A stretch of 63,456 nt of DNA, counting the filler, from Lenisia limosa (lineage: Eukaryota; Protista; Breviatea): assembly GCA_001655205.1 (NCBI GenBank). It is 17 parts of 17 records of this genome, joined end to end, with 100 filler letters (N's around TTAATTAATTAA, not from the genome) between each part and the next. Parts side by side here need not be neighbours in the genome. Positions count along the whole stretch, not along the records: positions 7,173 to 12,104 come from LPNZ01011389.1; positions 12,205 to 13,284 come from LPNZ01001130.1; positions 13,385 to 17,776 come from LPNZ01001770.1; positions 17,877 to 18,881 come from LPNZ01008411.1; positions 18,982 to 24,892 come from LPNZ01008345.1; 12 more parts are not named here. The stretch is one strand, 5' to 3'. The notes below the pieces were generated by a model. The model was not told the origin of the DNA. It worked only from the letters and a program-made list of their open reading frames with translations, and did not search any database. The position numbers and the translations under genes were made by a program. Below are positions 11,892 through 23,781 of this stretch, in pieces. Each line of letters starts with the position of its first letter. Positions within the stretch are counted from its first letter, which is position 1.

Positions 11892-12393
11892 TTTGAGGGT
11901 ATTTGTAATTGTTGTAAGTAGGGCTTCCCTACGGTCCGAAAAAGCCCGGTAAAATATCGATATTTATCGAGGAATTGTCGGGAAATTCAGTCTTTTTGGT
12001 ACCGTAGGGTAGTTGTAAGTGTTATTTAAGGTTGTTTTTTAGTTCTCCTTTATTTTGACCCCCACATTATTGTTCTCGTGTTTCGTAAATGTTGAGGCAA
12101 CTTANNNNNNNNNNNNNNNNNNNNNNNNNNNNNNNNNNNNNNNNNNNNTTAATTAATTAANNNNNNNNNNNNNNNNNNNNNNNNNNNNNNNNNNNNNNNN
12201 NNNNCAATCTGTTACGATTTTAGACACTTTTTTTTTTTTTGATGGATTTTTTTGTTTTTTTTTTCTCCAAAAAAAAACCCGAATTAGCAAAAAAACCCGA
12301 ATTTTGAACTGACGCATATATTAATATTTATTCACCCAATCATATTCCTAACAACTCTGATACTAAGTTGTTTTTTTCCTTTGTTACTCTCAG

Positions 12394-12975
12394 ACGCTCA
12401 AAAAGGACTCGAAAGTTCCATTGCCTTTCCTTATGGAGTTGCGGAAGATTGCAATTCACCCTTATTTGGTAGGCTAGAGATGTTTTTTTTTGCGTGTGTG
12501 TTTTTTGGGACTGCAGCGAATCTCTACATTTTTATTCCATATCAATACCATCATCTTATCAATCCAAGAAATTATCGTATTTATACAGCCAAAGAAATTA
12601 TCTTATTTACAGCATCTTATCAACACCATCATCTTACCAGTATCAGATTGAAGGAACGGAGGACTTGTCCGCAGCGGATAGAGAAGAGCGTCTGATGAAA
12701 AGCTCACCAAAAGTATGGCGCACTTTATTACTCCCCCGAAATATGGGGCTGCATTGGGTTACAGAAGGTCATCCTCCTCTCCCTCCGTCATTGTATGATG
12801 ATATAATATTACATATGATACCCTTCTTCATTTCCGCCCTCTCTGGGCTTTTCTTTTCATTGGTTTTCAGATGGTGGCCTTATCGAAGGTATTTGAGGCA
12901 GCACCAGCAGGAGCGAAGGTGGCCGTTTTTAGCCAGTTTACCCGCGTACTAGATCTGCTCGAGGACTGTTGTAGA
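12394..12975 (+). CDS. SNF2/SWI2-family helicase fragment
   Basis: Exons PFLMELRKIAIHPYL (12394-12468), EERLMKSSPK, and MVALSKVFEAAPAGAKVAVFSQFTRVLDLLEDCCR (12871-12975). These match the LRKxxxHPYL and helicase-C FSQF..LDLLE motifs. Confidence 0.85.
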
Positions 12976-13007
12976 GTGAGTGGACTTTTATGTTTGTTGA
13001 TTACCCT

Positions 13008-13104
13008 TAGGGCTTCACTTCAGTTGGAAAAAGACCGGTAAAATATAGATAGTTTTCGAGGATTTATGGAGTTCAGTCTTTTTTCGAACCGAAGTGAAGC
13101 CCTA
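13008..13104. mobile_element. Family A MITE
   Basis: TA|GGGCTTCACTTCAGTT...GAACCGAAGTGAAGCCC|TA in the SNF2 intron. Confidence 0.85.
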
Positions 13105-13385
13105 ATTTCCCTACTGTGGTGTCTGATTTTTTCGTACTATCAAAATTATTGCAAGTCTTCTTCCTCGCTGTTGTCGGGCTTGTTATTGTGTGTCTTTTTA
13201 TTACTTTTTATTGTTTTTTATTAGTATTGCTTGTAAGTTTGTTTATTGTTTGTTTTGGAGTTTCGATTATTCGGTTTGTGAAGANNNNNNNNNNNNNNNN
13301 NNNNNNNNNNNNNNNNNNNNNNNNNNNNTTAATTAATTAANNNNNNNNNNNNNNNNNNNNNNNNNNNNNNNNNNNNNNNNNNNNC

Positions 13386-15195
13386 CACTGTCCTGGCGGT
13401 TCTTCCGGGGCAGATCAACGAAGCCACCGTGCATAACTCCCTCAAGGTCCGTGGTGTACTCGTATCCTCCTACATATATCACATATGTGTACATATATGT
13501 ATACCCTGAACAAGTACACTCTTAAGCATTGGGCTGTAGTTTAAAATCGAATATGGTTACGGTTGGTTGTGAGATTTAAATCTCAGCTGCACATATAATA
13601 TTCCTGAGTTGTTTTGACCTCTTAGGCTGCCAACCAGCTCCTGACAGTTGCCACACACGACGCTGCAGCTGAAACGACGGCCGCCATTGCCAACTACATG
13701 GCCGAGAGCCTCATCGATAAACTCCAGGCGGTCGCGTCGAGAAAGGTTGGCCTTGGTCACTATGTTTCTTCTTTGTTTCGCATAACCATAAGACCGTAAT
13801 CTCTATTGAAGCTGCGGCTAATAACCTGGCCTACAGTTTTTGTTTCTCAGAGCCGTCTCTACTCGAGCATTTTGTCATGAATAAGATTATAAACAACGAA
13901 TAACATATCTAGGTTGAGGTTGCCGAGGTGGCTACTCCCAAGGTGGAAACTTCCCCCGCTCCTTCCCGTATGTTTTGGTCTCTTTATTGCAGTTGAGCTT
14001 GACTTCCAACTGTCTCAAAAAAGACTGTGCTTCTCTTAATAATATGTTTTATGATATTTTTATGTGATAAAGCCAAGTCCTAAGATTTTTTCACAACGTC
14101 CTTATCTTTAACTGGAGACTGCGTCATCAATTTAGGCGCCCCCAAGGCCCCCCTTCCAAGTGCCCCCAAGAACAAAAACCTCAATGCTGGAAAGCGGTAG
14201 GCTGTGTTCCTGTTATCCTGACCTCACCCCCCTTGACAATGCGATTCTGTTCAATTGTTCTGGTACTCTTGAACCTTGCGTATATCTCAGGAGTGCTAAC
14301 CTCATACATATAATTTAGCAATGAGAAATATAAAAAAATAAGGTTGTCTTTGGCTGAAGCCGTCCACATCATATTTTAAGAGATATTGGATAATAGTATG
14401 ATGATTCACCCAATCATTTGCCTTACAACCCTGTGTACCCAGGTTTCTGCTAACCTCGTAGTGCTGCTCGCCCCACTTCGGTAATGATGGGCAGTCCTCT
14501 TCCGATTATGATGGGTATGCTGGGAAGGGTTGAAAGCTGGAAATCCGTGATGTGTTGAACTTTGACTGGTTTTTTTGGGAGCTCTCACTCGGTCCAATAT
14601 TGCTCACGAAAGTATTCTTTGCCTGCTCAATGAATTAACGGTCCCCAGGCGGTATGCCCCCAAGAAGAGCAGGCGGCGGATCTGCAACCCGAACACCCGA
14701 ATCCGCCAACGGTAGGACCCTTATACGGCTGTTACCATACCTTTCTTCCTTCCTCTTCTTTTTTTTTTAGCACAAAGATCATTGTAAACACAAAAGCTAG
14801 AGCTAGATCTGACCTTGCAGATGGAGTATCAGGCATGACATCTGGCATGGCCGGCATGGGCATGATGGGTGGAGGAGACCCCAACGCTGAAAAGGAAGTT
14901 CTTTCTGCGCCCAAGGTTTGTGCCACATATTCCTTGAGTTGACCCCCCCACCGGTACAGAAGCACGGCCTGGGCTTTGTTTTATTGTTATCAACGTTATC
15001 AGCCAACAAAGTTGATTTGGCTTTTTTTGTTTCATAAATTTTACAATTTGTTTTAACAAAGTGGTTTCCTATTGAAGTTGCTTGCCTGGTTTTTGGAAAA
15101 CGCTCATCCTTTTTTAGAAACTCGAACACACCACTAAGGGCCGGCCTGCTGCACGGAGGAACCGCAAGCCTCCCACGCGCAAAACTCAAGTCTAA
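13386..15195 (+). CDS. CARMIL/Acan125-like protein C-terminus with capping-protein-interaction (CPI) motif
   Basis: Last exon 15118-15195 is KLEHTTKGRPAARRNRKPPTRKTQV*, close to the CPI consensus LxHxTxxRPK(x6)P. It is preceded by Pro-rich (PKAPLPSAP) and Gly/Met-rich exons. Confidence 0.6.
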
Positions 15196-15343
15196 TATGT
15201 ATCTTTTTTTGGGGTTACTTACTATATATCAACTATTTTTGGGCAAATCATCAAATCAGTTCACTTTGATGTTGGGGGTAAACTAATATACAGATAAATA
15301 AAGCAAATAATCCACAAAAACCACAACAATTACAACTACTATA

Positions 15344-17760
15344 CTACCATTCCTGTTCGGGCTTCTTGAGAGCCTCTGTCAAGGCCTGCACGAGGCTTTG
15401 TGATTCCGCCAATTCTCGACGGACATTAGCAAGTTCCTTCTTTTGGTACTGATTGGGTTGGAAAGGAGGGACCAACAAAAAGACACCCCAGAAAAGCACA
15501 CAAAGCCACGGCCAACCCTTGCTGCCTGTTCACGCTGAAGAGACACTTCTTCCGACACTTTAAGGCGAGCAGAAAGGTCCGAGTTCAATTCCGTCTGCAG
15601 ACTGTTCGACTCTGAAGAGGTCTTTGCGGCTTCCTGGAATGGTGAGGAACAGAAAATACCCTGCTGATCAAATTCATTGTCTTCCTTCGACCCACACCCA
15701 GAAAATTATAGCACATAATCGAATATTCGACTGTTCTATCGTGTACAAGCTAGATTTCTTAAAGCGGGAGTCTGCTTTATTTTTCTTCGCAATTTTATAG
15801 AATTATTGTTCTGGGGTGGACAAATGTATAATTTTGAGTTTAATCGTTTCTGTGAGATTATTAGCTGAATTCCTTTATCACCACTTTGTGAATCATCATC
15901 TTTGAATTTAGCACTTTCTATGGGTATTTTTACACGATTTGACCAATATTTCAGGAAAAGTTAATACCTAGAAAACGACAATATTTATGTTTTCCAATTC
16001 TCTTGGAGTTGACTCAGAAAAGTGCATATTTCTGCAATCTTACATGGAAAAGCGGGCGAAATTCCAAAAAAACATTGCTTTCGAATTTAAGCTTTAATTT
16101 CCTAGCATTTCTGAGAACCCAGGATCCACGGACCTGAAGCTCAGCGGTTCTCAACTCGGCCACAGCAAGCAGCGAAGAAGCCTGGTCCGCGTCCTAATAG
16201 TCAGCATAATAAGACTGCCCTGCTTCAGGTTGCTACTTAACCATCATTGTACGATCTTATATACTATGTTACACTTTATTCTTTGGAAATGAATGTCCAA
16301 TTTAAATATCCCTACCTTGCGTGCATTAGATGCAGCAGTCAGAGCTTCACGAAGCTCTTTTGACACCTTTTCAACGTCCAACTGTGTCGACATAAGAAAA
16401 CCAGTGGAAGAAGATGGTGAAATAATAAGTGATACACACGTGATATCTGCAGCACTATTGTGAAAAAGAAGAAGATTGTGATACACAAGTGATATCTGCA
16501 GCGCTATTGTGAAAAAGAAGAAGATGGTCCCACTCAATACCTCAGCATCTCTACAAGCCTCGCGGGCAACTTCAGCAGTGGTATCCGCGGACTCCAGCTA
16601 TCAGGAGTTAGCATATTCCTATGTTCAGTTTCCTTGATAGTGTTCCACAGCCCACTTCGCCCTGCAGGCGTTCACAGTTTTCAGAGGCTTTGCGGACTTC
16701 GATGCGTAGCAAGTCGCATCTTTCTCGTTCGACATCTGGAAGGTCACCACATCATACAACTAAGTCTGTGTCATCATTTGATAACCAAGGCTAAAAAAAA
16801 AAAACACCTTGCTTTCCATAAGATGTCATATTTATTGATCCCAAAAGTGGTTCAGAGCTCAGGATTGTGCTTTTCAAACAAAATGTGACGGTAATCTGCT
16901 GTTTGGGCCCAACAGGCAGGAAGCTCACCTAGTTCCTTCAACAATTGAGCCACATGCATACGGGACTCATCCAGAGCCGATGCAGCCTCCTCATACCTAA
17001 AAAGGAATGTGTTAACATAAATAAACAATGCCAAAAACGAGATATTTCAATGCAACTGGAAAAAAGAGTCCTCGCACTTTTCTGACGAGATCATTGTGCT
17101 TTGCGAGGTGACCATTTCGTCCACTCGGGACTGCAGCACCTCGACCGTCTAGGGTGTCAGCAAATGTCCTGAGGAAGCGGATTGATTGTCAGAGGAGGGA
17201 TAAAAAAGAACTGAAAAACAAGCTGGTTATACCTCGCAGCTTCTTTGGAGGGATTCTTCGGAGAGTTTGAGATTAAGTTGGTCCATTTCTGCTGCCTCTG
17301 CAGAAGCCTTCGCGTTCTATTGTGTGAGTCTTACACGACGGGAGATGACTTGGTCCTGGGATGAAAAAAAAAGGACCCAATTCCGACATTTTTGTAACGA
17401 CACTGTCTTTTCGGACCAAAAAAGACCACGGTATCACGATGGAAGAGTTGAGGAGTGAAACAACAGAATTCCCTTCTCCCCCTCCTTTTATTTTTAAGGA
17501 GGGGAGGTGGGGTAGTGACTGACCTGTTCGGCGTTTTGGATGGCAATTTCATTGTTCTTTGTTCGGGTGACTAAGACCAAAAGCTCTGCGATGTTAACAA
17601 GAGGTTTCAGACCATAAAAACACTACTGATCCAATTGGCTGAGTATGAAGCAACCAACCCTTTCGTAGCCTTGACATGCTGGCCAGAATGTTCCTTGGTT
17701 CTGATCGTCTCACATGAGCGTGGTCATCATGACCCCTTCGCAGGTGCTACGTGTAATCAA
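15344..17760 (-). CDS. Long coiled-coil protein (partial)
   Basis: Helical exons, e.g. LDVEKVSKELREALTAASNARK, ELNSDLSARLKVSEEVSLQREQAAR and QYQKKELANVRRELAESQSLVQALTEALKKPEQEW*. Confidence 0.6.
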
Positions 17761-17877
17761 CTCATGTTTTCAGAACNNNNNNNNNNNNNNNNNNNNNNNN
17801 NNNNNNNNNNNNNNNNNNNNTTAATTAATTAANNNNNNNNNNNNNNNNNNNNNNNNNNNNNNNNNNNNNNNNNNNNC

Positions 17878-18881
17878 TTCCTGGATCGAGCTCCTCTTCT
17901 GCCAATCCGTATCCAGACTCTTACCGCTGTGATTGAGGCTGTGGCTAATGTGCCAAGTACCTTGGTAGTGCCTGGTGCATCTGCAGTGAATCAGGACGAA
18001 ACCTTGGCTCTGCCACTGTCGTCTTCGCTTCTTGACTCTGATGGTTCAGAAGAATTGTTTATCCGGCTTTACAACCTTCCCACCGGGGCCACAGCGTCGC
18101 TTGGACAAGCGGAGTCAGGATATTGGGAGATTTCGCCTCCGGCCACTGCTGACATGTCGCTGCTTTCTCTGAGCTTTGCAGCATATTGGTCAGGATCCTT
18201 CAATTTGACCGTGACTTCTGTTGGCAAAGAAAAGAGCAACAATGATGAAGCCAATAGGTCAGACTATGTATGGATTGATATTCATCCCTTATCTGACGCT
18301 CTTTCGATTGTAGTGAGTGATGTATCGTCTCCGGAAGATGATGTTGTGGTCATTCCCATCACTATCAGCTTGCTAGACCTTGATCTTAGTGAAGTAATTC
18401 TGTCGCCAATCTACATTTCTGGCATTCCAGGTACTTTTGCTGGAGATTCTGAGGGAGTCAATGGCACAAGGGTCTTACCCTTGGCTAATGCCCCAACAGC
18501 GTCGTTTACTCCAAGTGCAGATGTGTATGGAACGTTTACAGTTTCGGTTATGGCACAGTCTCAGGACAACGACATTGGATTTGGCCTTCCAACACTCAAG
18601 GAAACAGAGATTACTTTCCAGTTGTCTCTCACCCCTGTCAATGATGTACCTGATGTGACCATGCCTACGTATGATCGTGATACTCTTGAGGATGTTCCAT
18701 ACACCTTTGCGGGTGGCTTTTCAGTGGCTGATAGGGATTGTGAGGGTAATGACTTGACAGTTACTATCACAACGGCTGACGGAACTTCCGACTTGAGTAA
18801 TGATGTTGCAGCATTGATGGCTTCGTGTTCTGGAAGAGGATCAACTTCCTTAGTGTTTACTGGATCTCTGTCGAACATCAC
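17878..18881 (+). CDS. Ig/cadherin-like repeat adhesin fragment (uninterrupted ~1 kb ORF)
   Basis: The ORF spans the whole scaffold and is acidic and beta-rich. Motifs DSDGSEELFIRLYNLPTGATASLG..GYWEI, SPEDDVVVIPITISLLDLDLSE and LTPVNDVP..TLEDVPYTF resemble bacterial cadherin-like/T1SS adhesin repeats. Confidence 0.7.
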
Positions 18882-19089
18882 NNNNNNNNNNNNNNNNNNN
18901 NNNNNNNNNNNNNNNNNNNNNNNNNTTAATTAATTAANNNNNNNNNNNNNNNNNNNNNNNNNNNNNNNNNNNNNNNNNNNNGGCCTAATTATATCATCAT
19001 GATTTTCAGTGACAACTTTCTTTATTTTTACACAGCCACAATGTCTTATCTTTATTTTTACATACTGTATGTACGTACACTCTGTGTTT

Positions 19090-22000
19090 ACGATGATGAT
19101 CATCCAGTGATGCTCCCTCTAACCAATGGGTGGAAGGAGGTCATCCATGGGAATTTCGTCAATAGGAGGCATATCATCTGCAAAGTTAGAGGAAAGTAAG
19201 GGGGGGGGGGGAGNNNNNNNNNNNNNNNNNNNNNNNNNNNNNNNNNNNNNNNNNNNNNNNNNNNNNNNNNNNNNNNNNNNNNNNNNNNNNNNNNNNNNNN
19301 NNNNNNNNNNNNNNNNNNNNNNNNNNNNNNNNNNNNNNNNNNNNNNNNNNNNNNNNNNNNNNNNNNNNNNNNNNNNNNNNNNNNNNNNNNNNNNNNNNNN
19401 NNNNNNNNNNNNNNNNNNNNNNNNNNNNNNNNNNNNNNNNNNNNNNNNNNNNNNNNNNNNNNNNNNNNNNNNNNNNNNNNNNNNNNNNNNNNNNNNNNNN
19501 NNNNGAGGTCAGTGGGAATTTGGCTTTCGGTGGTAAGGGCTAAGAAGTCAGTAAACACCCAGAAGGAGTCATATAATCATGGGCAATGTCATCAGAAAAC
19601 GATGTGTAATTAGGACTTCACTTCGGTTCAAAAAATACCGGTAAAATAGTGATAATTATCGAGGATTTATCGAGAAATTAAGTCTTTTTTTGAACCGAAG
19701 TGATGCAACCCACTGACAACTCTTCCGATACACTCAGTCGATATTTTACGAGTATTGTTTCAAGCTGAATTGAAGCCCTAACTCTTGACCTACCATTGGG
19801 GGCGATAGTGNNNNNNNNNNNNNNNNNNNNNNNNNNNNNNNNNNNNNNNNNNNNNNNNNNNNNNNNNNNNNNNNNNNNNNNNNNNNNNNNNNNNNNNNNN
19901 NNNNNNNNNNNNNNNNNNNNNNNNNNNNNNNNNNNNNNNNNNNNNNNCTGCACCCAAGGTTTGTGGCTTGTCTAAAAATGGGCAAAATCATAGGGTAAGA
20001 ACTATACACACATCTCCTCCCCCAAACCCTCGTGTGTTACTCGGGGTATGTCTAGAATAATATACAGGGAGATGGGAAACAAAACAAGGTTGTATCCGCA
20101 TCCACAACGTCACGCATATAAGAGATATTGGATATGGTATAATCAATTCACCTCATCGGTATCATGAAAAAAAAATATTAAGGATTACATTACCTTGGAA
20201 GTCGTCAATGTCTATATTGGACTCCTCGAGGATGGAGGCAGCCAAATGATGGTGTTCTCCATCCTGATGAGACGGGGAGGTAAATGAAATGAAACGGGTG
20301 AGACGGGGAGGTAATTGAAATGAAACGGGGTGCTATCTACTTCACACCCAAAAGGACATACAGTGAATGGGATAAATCTTGACCGATTTGCTCTATGGTT
20401 TACCAGGAAAAATCGGTCAAGACTTATCTCGGTCACTGTACATTACTTCGTTCTTGAAAACCAAACAAAATAAGACGTAAGACCTATTTTATTCTTCTTG
20501 ACATAATTGAGTGTGAAGAGGACATTTTATTATTCCATGCTAAAGTAATCAAGGCGAAAATTACCTGCTTAGAGCACCAAGCGAACAGACCTTAGAAATG
20601 GGCTGAGCGATGTCGACGTCATCGATGGCAACTCCATGGTTCATCTCAATCTCATCATCTTCACAGGTCAGTAGGATGTGGTGGTGGGTAGGGCTTTCAC
20701 TTCGGTTCAAAAAAAGGCTGAATTTCTCGATAAATACTCGAAAACTACCGATAATTTACCAGTCTTTTTCAAACCGAAGTGAAGCCCTTGGGGTGGATAT
20801 TAGGGTTTTCGAGTGATAATCAGAGTGATATTGAGAGCCCCTTACCAACCAAATAAGGCAATATCCACGGAGGCAACCCTATTATCCAAGGTGATATCCT
20901 GGGGTCTCGCCAGTGCAACTCGTGTCGGCTCGGGGATAATTTCCTCACTAGAGGATGTGAAGGAAAGGACTGGGTTTTCGGCAGAACGAGGATGAAAAAA
21001 ATAATTGTCTTGATTTAACGCATTGGAAAAGCTGGATGAGATGCTTTTTATGCGAATGAAAATATCACTCTCTCCAATAGCCTTGGAGGATCTCCCCAGT
21101 TTAGGCTCAGATTATTTTTTTTTGTGAAAATTCACCGAATTATTTTATCCATCTAACTACCAAGTAGACTGTCAAAATGTTCAGTTGGATAGAGAATGCA
21201 TTAAAAATCCCAGAAAGTTGTTAAAGGTATAGTGTGAGAACTTCTGTCATGTCATAATATTTTACATTCTTCCATAAAGCCTTAAATAAAACACTCTTTT
21301 TTTGTTGCCCGTTTTGCCCCCTCCCCTCGTACTCCTCCTCTTCCATTGTGAAAACATCTTTGTTGGTCCTGGCCAGCTTGGTTGAGGCTGCCTGTGGCTC
21401 ATCTTTTCGGTCTACGGCTTGAGATTTTGACGAATGCTGGAGAGTATTAGATAGGGCTTCCTGTTGTTTTGGATACTATACGTGACCGGCATATCTGTCT
21501 TGTCCCATTTGTATGTGATTTCCCGTAGAAAATCCGTGAAGACTTTTTCTGGCCACTTTAGATACAACCTTTTTATATTTTATCATATCTTCATAAGGAC
21601 CTGAGTAATGTTGTTAGTTTGCGGAAATGAAGAGGAATTGGGAATGACCTTTTTTTTTTATCTAGAATTTTAAAATAGTGACGGTGAGTGATATGAGTCA
21701 AATATAAGATGTCACTGCGATGGTGCGCTTATGTTAGATCACAGTCAAATTGCATAATCATGAAACAAGCCGAATATTCCATCAACGAAATGATACCATT
21801 AGAAGTGAGTTATTCCAAAAGCCACCAATAGATTAATAACAAAATTGCCCCAGCAACCAATCTCAGCTTCTTAAGACTGTCATGGCAATCACTGAAAAGC
21901 AGAGAAGCCTTTTTGTCATGGATTCGCGCAACACCAAGGAGAAGATGGCCCGAGATACGAAGGGTGATCTCCTCTTTGGGGTCGGCAATCACGCCTAGAA

Positions 22001-22248
22001 GGGGGTAAATCAGGCCACAAGGAGCTGTTTTCTTACGGATTGTCTTCTTCAAATCAGTCCCAAGAATGACCGTTCGGGTAAGCGTTCTCTCCCTGAAAAG
22101 TGATCAGGAAGAAGGAAACCGTTAGACTTACCAGTGAGCAGCCTGCCAGATAGAATTTAGCCGACCTCGCTTCGAGAAAATCTGTGTTGTATCTATAATT
22201 ATATTGAGTTAGAAAATGCGACAGAGGATGGAGGGACCTACCAAACAT
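19090..22248 (-). CDS. Rad21/Rec8 family cohesin kleisin (N-terminal domain clear, C-terminus missing)
   Basis: Spliced N-terminus MFDTTQIFSKRGRLNSIWQAAHWERTLTRTVILGTDLKKTIRVIADPKEEITLRISGHLLLGVARIHDKKASLLFSDCHDSLKKL is the Rad21_Rec8_N pattern. Downstream acidic exons follow. Confidence 0.85.
19611..19708. mobile_element. Family A MITE (degenerate right TIR)
   Basis: TAGGACTTCACTTCGGTTC...GAACCGAAGTGATGC. Confidence 0.75.
20359..20440. mobile_element. Family B MITE
   Basis: TA|CAGTGAATGGGATAAATCTTGACCGATTT...AAATCGGTCAAGACTTATCTCGGTCACTG|TA. Confidence 0.85.
20689..20788. mobile_element. Family A MITE
   Basis: TAGGGCTTTCACTTCGGTTC...AAACCGAAGTGAAGCCCT. Confidence 0.85.
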
Positions 22249-22400
22249 TGCAACTCAACGTTTGAGTTGTTTGGCAACCCAGACTACGTTTTAGTTCATT
22301 TTAAGTCAATATTTTAATGACTAATGTAATGTAATATCGTTTTGGTGCGTTTAGAACTGAAAGAGCGAAAGAGCATGAAAATAACAAAAAGTTCACAATA

Positions 22401-22428
22401 CATGACGTCATGACGTCATGACGTCATG
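22401..22428. promoter_or_regulatory. Triple TGACGTCA (CRE/ATF-type) palindrome in a divergent promoter
   Basis: CATGACGTCATGACGTCATGACGTCATG lies between the kleisin ATG (22248, -) and a signal-peptide ATG (22569, +). Confidence 0.5.
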
Positions 22429-22568
22429 GTTCATTTGCCTTCTTTTTCCTCCGTTTTTTCATTTTCTCTTTTCTCCGCCTTCCAAAGAAAAGGAGAAGGA
22501 AGGAAGAAGTGGGGGAAAGAAAATATTACAGCAAATAGAAGGGGACGAACACTCACAACCCCTCACTA

Positions 22569-23570
22569 ATGATGAGGATGTTGCGTCTTGCAGTGTTTCT
22601 GCTTCTCCTCAACTCGGTGATCCTCGCAAGTCCCATTTCGTATGATGGGGAGGGGTATTGGTCATCCGAGGAAGAACTGCTTTATATATAGATTCATCAC
22701 TCCCTTGTGAACGGTCATCATCTTCCTTTGAACCAATCCCTTTGGTGACTTCACTCAAGGCGGGGCTTCACTGATATTTATCCCCTATCCTTGGAGTTTC
22801 AAGATTGTATCTGGCCAAAGCCGTCCACACCATCACGCTTATAATATATATTGTATAATATGTTCTACATGGACGCTGCCTTCACCCCTCAATTTTATCT
22901 TCATTATCATGCTGGAGGAGTTTATGCGATTTGGTGCCGTTGAAACATCCAACTGATCCCTTTAGCATGACGGAAGAAGGCATTCAACTCAAACTTCGTG
23001 AGGCAACGGAATCCTATCATGCCGTTCAAAATGTGGGCTTGATTCTTGCACCTGTCTTGCTTGTATATCGGTTTAGTTCCTAACCATTTAGGGCGCATTT
23101 ATGGAGCTAATGCAAAGTGAGCGGGGGGGAGGGGTTGAGAGAACCATCTTAAGCACAGACGTGATTACCATTTGCTGTATCTGATATAGACCGAGATAAG
23201 TCTTGACCGATTTGTTCTATGATTTCCCCTGGAAAATAGGTCAAGACTTATCCCGGTCACTGTATGCAGGATAGTATTTCTTTCTTAAGTTTACGAAAAG
23301 TTTTTTTCATTGTTATAATCAAAAACAAACTCGTTTTTTGCAGTAAAGTTTCTCTTAGAATAAAGATAAAAAAACTCATACCCAGAAATGACGTGTTTGC
23401 TGGACAGTCCGGTAGCCGGAGACGGCGTCTTCATCGCGGTCACACAGCGATCAAGAGATCTCACTGGCGTCCTGGCCGATATCAGCGTTTCGGTTGGCGC
23501 ATTGGGATACCTGGGTGCTTGCAGCGACTCTGACACAACAGGGATCCTGTCCCGAGGGCTTTGTGCTTAA
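22569..23570 (+). CDS. Putative secreted protein (partial)
   Basis: MMRMLRLAVFLLLLNSVILASPI looks like a signal peptide and is followed by a GTATG donor. Later exons are uncertain. Confidence 0.35.
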
Positions 23571-23684
23571 CGTTCCGAAGACCACGGGGGTACAGTGCAC
23601 TTTTGCTGCCGGCTGGGTGGACGGGCCAACTTGTGACCCAGGTGGGAGGTTGTGACAGGAGTGGGGGTAAATGCAGGTTATTTC

Positions 23685-23781
23685 TAGGGCTTCACTTCGG
23701 TTCAAAAAACCGGTGAATATCGATAGTTTTCGAGGATTTATCGAGAAATTCGGTCTTTTTTCGAACCGATGTGAAGCCCTA
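23685..23781. mobile_element. Family A MITE
   Basis: TA|GGGCTTCACTTCGGTTC...GAACCGATGTGAAGCCC|TA. Further copies at ~6571-6671, 11919-12009, 24654-24726, 25633-25696, 26387-26486, 27485-27580, 27668-27754, 30615-30706, 51727-51816 and 56527-56626. Confidence 0.9.
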
